Source: Macrostomum lignano (Eukaryota). Taken from it: a DNA stretch of 64,000 nucleotides. A model generated the notes under the pieces. That model did no database searches. It was not told where the DNA came from and saw nothing but the letters and a program-made list of their open reading frames with translations. Shown piece after piece: positions 57,801 through 64,000 of this stretch. The position numbers and the translations under genes were made by a program. The stretch is taken from positions 62,001 to 126,000 of the forward strand of contig NIVC01000036.1 in assembly GCA_002269645.1 (NCBI GenBank). The letters are read 5' to 3'. Position 1 is the stretch's first letter. The number at the start of each line of letters is the position of its first letter.

Positions 57801-59194
57801 ATTCGAACCCACGTCGCTGCATTAGCAGGTCAGTCTGTTTACCTCTAGGCTAGCTCTCATCGTTTTGATAACATAAATCGTCGCACTTATATAATTCAAC
57901 ACTTTCAAAACTCCACGCACAGAGTAAATCACGCGAAGCAGTTATGACAAAATTTCTCAGCCAGTCTATCAGTTTCAAATAAAGTCACCAATATGGTTAC
58001 GCAATCTAAATCTAAATTCAATGGCGCTGGCTTGAATTGTGGAGTTGCGATAAAGTAGGGGTTTGCGATATTGGAGAGCGTACAATGAGTATATAAAGTA
58101 AAGTTCATAGGAATCTTCTTTTTAATGATGTGCTTTTAATTTTTCGAATCTAAGCAAAAAATTATATTCCCGAACTCAGCGTTTCAAGCTCTTTCTAGCA
58201 ATACAAGGCTCTCTTCTGAAAGTAAAAAACTCGAAGCACAAACAACGATTGAACATTCCTGCTATAAAGCATTCAAATTCATAAGGTGTACATTCAGCGC
58301 TAGCTACAGTGAGAGGCCTGCAAGTTGATGCATTGAAATTAACAACCAAGCCAGCCCATGAATAATTGAATAGCGACACCCGCCCCTCAATTAAAATGTG
58401 TTGCGCAACCTTTCAACGCTTGTAGCTCTCCACGCGAGTGTAGAGAACCAATGCTATAGTTGGCACTGAGTTATGATGCAATACAATTCCATCGGCAGTC
58501 AGACTGCTTCTCAATCGGAAAGAACTGTTTGAACTTTAAAAAACAGGGAGAAAATCGAGTTTTTCGAATATTTAAGCCCAAAAAAATGAAGCAATTTCTT
58601 AGCAAAATTTTGTGTACCAGCGCACCATCAATACGCATCGAATGCAGAAAACCCCACGAAATTCCGACTATGTAGAGTCAAGTTAAGCAAAGGTTCCTAT
58701 AGATACATAGTTTTGATTTTTAGTATATTGGAAGCATCCAGAATTTTTATTATACCCCCCCTTAATTGGTTACGCAAGTTAAATAGAGTAATTATCTGGG
58801 CAGTGGGGCAAAGTGAATTTTCTTATCAGTTGGCTCTGGCGCAATCATTAAAATTGGCTGTGAAGTTTCTCGCTGCGCGCAGGCTGATAAAAAAATACAC
58901 TAAAAAGGCCATTTAAAACAGTTTTTCGAATATTTAATCCCCTTAGCATTGAGCTAGAGCTTAATAAAATTACATGTACCGTCCCGGGCACATTTGACAT
59001 CTTTTGGCGAAGAAACGGAGAAAATCGGTTGAGCCTTTTGGGAGATAACCTGTTACATACCCACAGACAGACAGGGCCGGTGGAGGGGGGGTTGCTACTT
59101 TAGATATATTAGATTAATGTGACTGCACTTGGAATCGAGCCTGGGCCGCTGGCACGTCAGAGCGCGGCGCAGGACCACTGGGCTACGGCCCCCC
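54835..59194 (-). mobile_element. tRNA-derived SINE split by a Helitron (head 59114-59194, body 54835-55061)
   Basis: Joining the halves gives CACATTAA|TTTGAGGCT, matching CACATTAATTTGGGGCT in the intact 24792 copy. Confidence 0.85.
55062..59113 (-). mobile_element. Non-autonomous Helitron, about 4.05 kb, filled with tandem repeats
   Basis: 5' TCTAATATATCTAAAG; 3' hairpin CCCCAACGGGG then CTAG; inserted at A|T with no TSD; second internal hairpin+CTAG at 56501-56530. Confidence 0.85.
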
Positions 59195-59344
59195 GGATAA
59201 CGTACGAGTGCTTTTTTCATGGATAGAATGCATAAGATGCAATCCTACGAACGCGCAGCCCTGAATTTGGGTTTATGCCATAGACTAATTCGGTCGGTCG
59301 AGAATACGCTAGCGATACAACAAATATACATTCCTTACCGACCT

Positions 59345-59790
59345 CCATCTCCGACTCATTTCTAAAAAAACTCCTACTCATTTCTAAGAAAACTTCGACT
59401 CATTTCTAAGGAAACTCCGACTCATTTCTAAGAAAACTCCGGCTCATTTCTAAGAAAACTTCGACTCATTTCTAAGAAAACTTCGACTCATTTCTAAGAA
59501 AACTCCGGCTTATTTCTAAGAAAACTCCGGCTCATTTCTAAGAAAACTTCGACTCATTTCTAAGAAAACTCCGGCTTATTTCTAAGCAAACTCCGAATCT
59601 TTTTTAAGTAAACTCCGGCTCATTTCTAAGGAAACTCCGAATCTTTTTTAAGTAAACTCCGGCTCATTTCTAAGGAAACTCCGACTCATTTCTAAGAAAA
59701 CTCCGACTCATTTCTAAGAAAACTCCGGCTCATTTCTAAGAAAACTCCGGCTCATTTCTAAGAAAACTCCGGCTCATTTTTAAGAAGTTT
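59345..59790. repeat. 22-bp minisatellite (CTCCGACTCATTTCTAAGAAAA)n
   Basis: Read directly from the sequence. Confidence 0.95.
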
Positions 59791-60429
59791 CCAAACCCTC
59801 GCAAAAGTCCACAGTGTGCGCCTCGAAAAACAGCCCTGGATGGCGGCTGACCGCTCCGAATTGCGTGACTGAACTTTTTCCATTTCGCTAGGTGAAGTTT
59901 TTGCTGCTCTTTCGAGTTCGACCGCTATTAACCCCCCCCCCCCCCTACAGCAGTTGGTCGTCCCTTCCCTTCCTCACTTAAGTCGGCTCAGCCGCAGAAT
60001 AACTGGAGCTTATTTTCATTTTTAAGACTATGATTCGATATTTTCTGACCATCCAAGCCCGCTGTGTGCGAAGTGATGGCTGACTGCCGATTCCGGGATG
60101 CGTGGGAGGAAACGCCATGTGATAAGCGTAGAAACAGGGAGTAGACGTTGAGTATAGATGGAGATATGAGATAGTAGTGAAAGAAAAATTAACTATAAAT
60201 ATGAGATTAGAGACGGAGAGGAGAGACTAGATTGACGAGAAAAGAATGAGAGAGCAATAATTAGTGAGAGAGAAAATAAGGGGGGCAAGTTAGACATAGA
60301 GAGAAACAGAAAGTGGGAGACTAGAGACGGGATTAAAGAGAAGAATTAGGCAGATAGAAGGGAAAGAGGGAAGCTTGGAGACGGGGAATGAAAAAAGTGA
60401 AATTAGAGACAGCGGAGTGGAGACGAGGA

Positions 60430-61460
60430 ATTTGAGATGGAATATTAGAGACAGGGGATTAAAGAAGGAGGATTAGAGACATTGGATTAAAGAAGGAGGA
60501 TTAGAGACAGGGATTAAAGAGGGGGATTAAAGACAGGGGATTAAAGAGGAGGATTAGAGACATTGGATTAAAGAAGGAGGATTAGAGACATTGGATTAAA
60601 GAGAAGGATCAGAGACATTGGATTAAAGAAGGAGGATTAGAGACATTGGATTAAAGAAGGAGGATTAGAGACATTGGATTAAAGAAGGAGGATTAGAGAC
60701 ATTGGATTAAAGAAGGATGATTGGAGACAGGGGATTAAAGAAGGAGGATTAGAGACAGGGGATTAGAGAAGGAGGATTAGAGACATTGGATTAAAGAAGG
60801 AGGATTAGAGACAGGGGATTAAAGAAGGAGGATTAGAGACAGGGGATTAGAGAAGGAGGATTAGAGACAGGGGATTAAAGAGGGGGATTAGAGACATTGG
60901 ATTAAAGAAGGAGTATTAGAGACATTGGATTAAAGAAGGAGGATTAGAGACATTGGATTAAAGAAGGATGATTAGAGACATTGGATTAAAGAAGGAGGAT
61001 TAGAGACAGGGGATTAGAGAAGGAGGATTAGAGACATTGGATTAAAGAAGGAGGATTAGAGACATTGGATTAAAGAAGGAGGATTAGAGACAGGGGATTA
61101 GAGAAGGAGGATTAGAGACATTGGATTAAAGAAGGAGGATTAGAGACAGGGGATTAAAGAAGGAGGATTAGAGACAGGGGATTAGAGAAGGAGGATTAGA
61201 GACAGGGGATTAAAGAGGGGGATTAGAGACATTGGATTAAAGAAGGAGTATTAGAGACATTGGATTAAAGAAGGAGGATTAGAGACATTGGATTAAAGAA
61301 GGAGGATTAGAGACATTGGATTAAAGAAGGAGGATTAGAGACAGGGGATTAGAGAAGGAGGATTAGAGACATTGGATTAAAGAAGGAGGATTAGAGACAT
61401 TGGATTAAAGGAGGAGGATTAGAGACAGGGGATTAGAGATGGGGGATAAGAGACAGGGGA
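60430..61460. repeat. Minisatellite of about 28 bp (GGATTAGAGACATTGGATTAAAGAAGGA)n
   Basis: Read directly from the sequence. Confidence 0.95.
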
Positions 61461-62277
61461 TTGGGGGATTAGCGAGGTGGATAAGAGAAGGGATTAGTGA
61501 GAGAGAGGAAGATGAGAAAGGCATAAGCGAGTGTTCAAAAAGAGCCGCAGTAAACTGTAAATTTGCACTGGAATCTTCCATCACAACTCCGCTAGTTAAT
61601 AATTAGCTATTCCTATTGTCAGAATTTTGCACACAAAGGCCAGAGCTTTTGGAAAATTTGAATGGCATGCAATTTATGGTTTGTTTCCATTTGACTCACA
61701 GACGCACAGCTAAGACACAAACACGCACACTAGCTCTTATTCTTTCGAATACCTTTCTCTTAGCTCCCTCAAATTACTTATTTAGACAGAGAACAAAAGC
61801 GGCGTGAACATTGCAGTATTGGATACAACGTGGTGCTTAGCCATATGGGGTGAGATCTGGTAATACAGCTCTACTTCTTTTCCTCTGTCCCTCTCTACCC
61901 TCTTTCCCCCCTCTTATGCACGTTGGCTCTGCACCACTGCTGCAATTGGCCAATCAGACCTTGGAAGAGACGGTTTGAACTGACGGGCGCATCTTTTTAT
62001 TAACGAACAACTACCGTTGCCCTAAACTTCTAGCCAACTAGAGCATTTCCATCCATTGCAACTGCTCCGTTCATTCTATCTGTTCTACTCATTGCTTCCA
62101 TCTTTTGAAGTATATATTAACTATAGTCGTGAAAAGCACAGCAAAATACGATTTCTCTTCACATATTCACGCCAGAATTCAGCTGTCCTGCTGTTCTGCT
62201 TTGACTATTTTGGCAAGGAGTGCTCTGCAGGTAAGTGCTTGAAGCTGTTTATAGGTGCCAGATAGAGTATTTTTTAC

Positions 62278-62992
<715 letters not shown>

Positions 62993-63426
62993 TTCCCAAG
63001 CTGCAGCAGTGGTATTCAGCCTCTCCATTCCGCATCTCCTACAGTTTTACAATCTGTCAGAGTACACTATTGCTCAGTCAAGACTCATAGATGCGGTCAG
63101 TCAATCTAAATGGTAAAATATATTATGCATGACCTTTCTTGTCAGGAATTATCCTAATTAAATTCGTCTAAAGGTAGACAATAAAAGATAAACTTCGATT
63201 ATTACTGATCAGATGTTTCATAGATTCAATGCATGCAAGATTAAATTATGGCACTGTATTTGATCTCGTAAAATGTAACCAAATGTTTGAATACATCAAT
63301 CAAAAATCATACATCCGAACTAAACTGCTGCAACACACCTCTAGCAGAACAGTTGCGAGTCTTTGCAAGCGACATTCTCGCGAAGTTGAGCTCTACCAGC
63401 AGCAGCAGGAGCAGAAATCTCTAACC

Positions 63427-63531
63427 ATGACCAGCACTGGGGAAAACGGCGCAGACGCTCGCAGCAGCCTTGGCGTCCCCGACATCCTCATTGAGCATGT
63501 GGACTTAGTTGACAGCGCCGAACTGCATCAG
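63427..63531 (+). CDS. Possible first coding exon of an unidentified host gene continuing beyond the window
   Basis: ACCATG start, MTSTGENGADARSSLGVPDILIEHVDLVDSAELHQ, then CAG|GTGAGA donor in phase 0. An upstream CAG|GTAAGT donor lies at about 62231 and a CCAAT at about 61950. No homology recognised. Confidence 0.35.
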
Positions 63532-63599
63532 GTGAGAGAGAGTGCGCTTGCATGCTCATGTCTCAGCAAATTGCGCAACAGCGTAATGCAGATGTAGAT

Positions 63600-64000
63600 A
63601 AGAGAAAGTGAAAGATGAGAAAAAATAGGAGACAGTAAAAATATTGAGAGGGAGATGTGAGAGAGAAAAGAGGAGAGAGAGGTGAGAGGAGAGAGGAGAG
63701 AAGATAAAGGAGAGAGGGACAGGAGAGAGGAGAGAGGTAAGGGGAGAGGAGAGAGGAGAGAGAGAGAGAGTAGAGAAGATAGAGGAGAGCAGAAAGAGGA
63801 GAGAGAAGAGAGAACAGAGGGGAGAGAAGAGAGAACAGAGGGGAGAGAAGAGAGAACAGAGGGGAGAGAAGAGAGAACAGAGGGGAGAGAAGAGGGAACA
63901 GAGGGGAGAGAACAGAGAACAGAGGGGAGAGAACAGAGAACAGAGTGAAGAGAAGAGAGAACAGAGGGGAGAGAAGAGAGAACAGAGGGGAGAGAACAGA
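63600..64000. repeat. GA-rich repeat (GAGGGGAGAGAAGAGAGAACA)n
   Basis: Read directly from the sequence. Confidence 0.9.

Overview
Repeat-rich eukaryotic (animal) genomic DNA. GT-AG introns, single-exon secreted-protein genes and the satellite types suggest an invertebrate, possibly a Macrostomum-like flatworm; this is inference only. The only clear host-gene content is a cluster of 10 copies or fragments of an intronless gene encoding signal peptide + PAN/apple-like domain + atypical C-type lectin-like domain (CTLD), spread over 638-40508. Three copies are intact, two have a single-base frameshift, two have multiple lesions and three are fragments. The copies are nearly invariant except at the predicted ligand-binding loops, and they appear mosaic. 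Copy 1 is split, within its poly-Leu (CTG)n signal-peptide tract, by a full-length Ingi-like non-LTR retrotransposon. That element has a 5' HDV-like ribozyme whose P1 helix overlaps the (CAG)n target, a 2A peptide, a PHD-PWWP-PHD-PHD module, and APE, RT and RNase H domains. Other elements: a Crypton-like tyrosine-recombinase transposon, a truncated piggyBac, three Penelope-like elements (two with minimal hammerhead ribozymes), an internally deleted LOA/R1-like LINE, an RTE-like 3' fragment, tRNA-derived SINEs, non-autonomous Helitrons carrying satellites, MITEs, one LTR with a tRNA-Leu PBS, and many micro- and minisatellites. All assignments come from motifs read by eye; no database searches were run.
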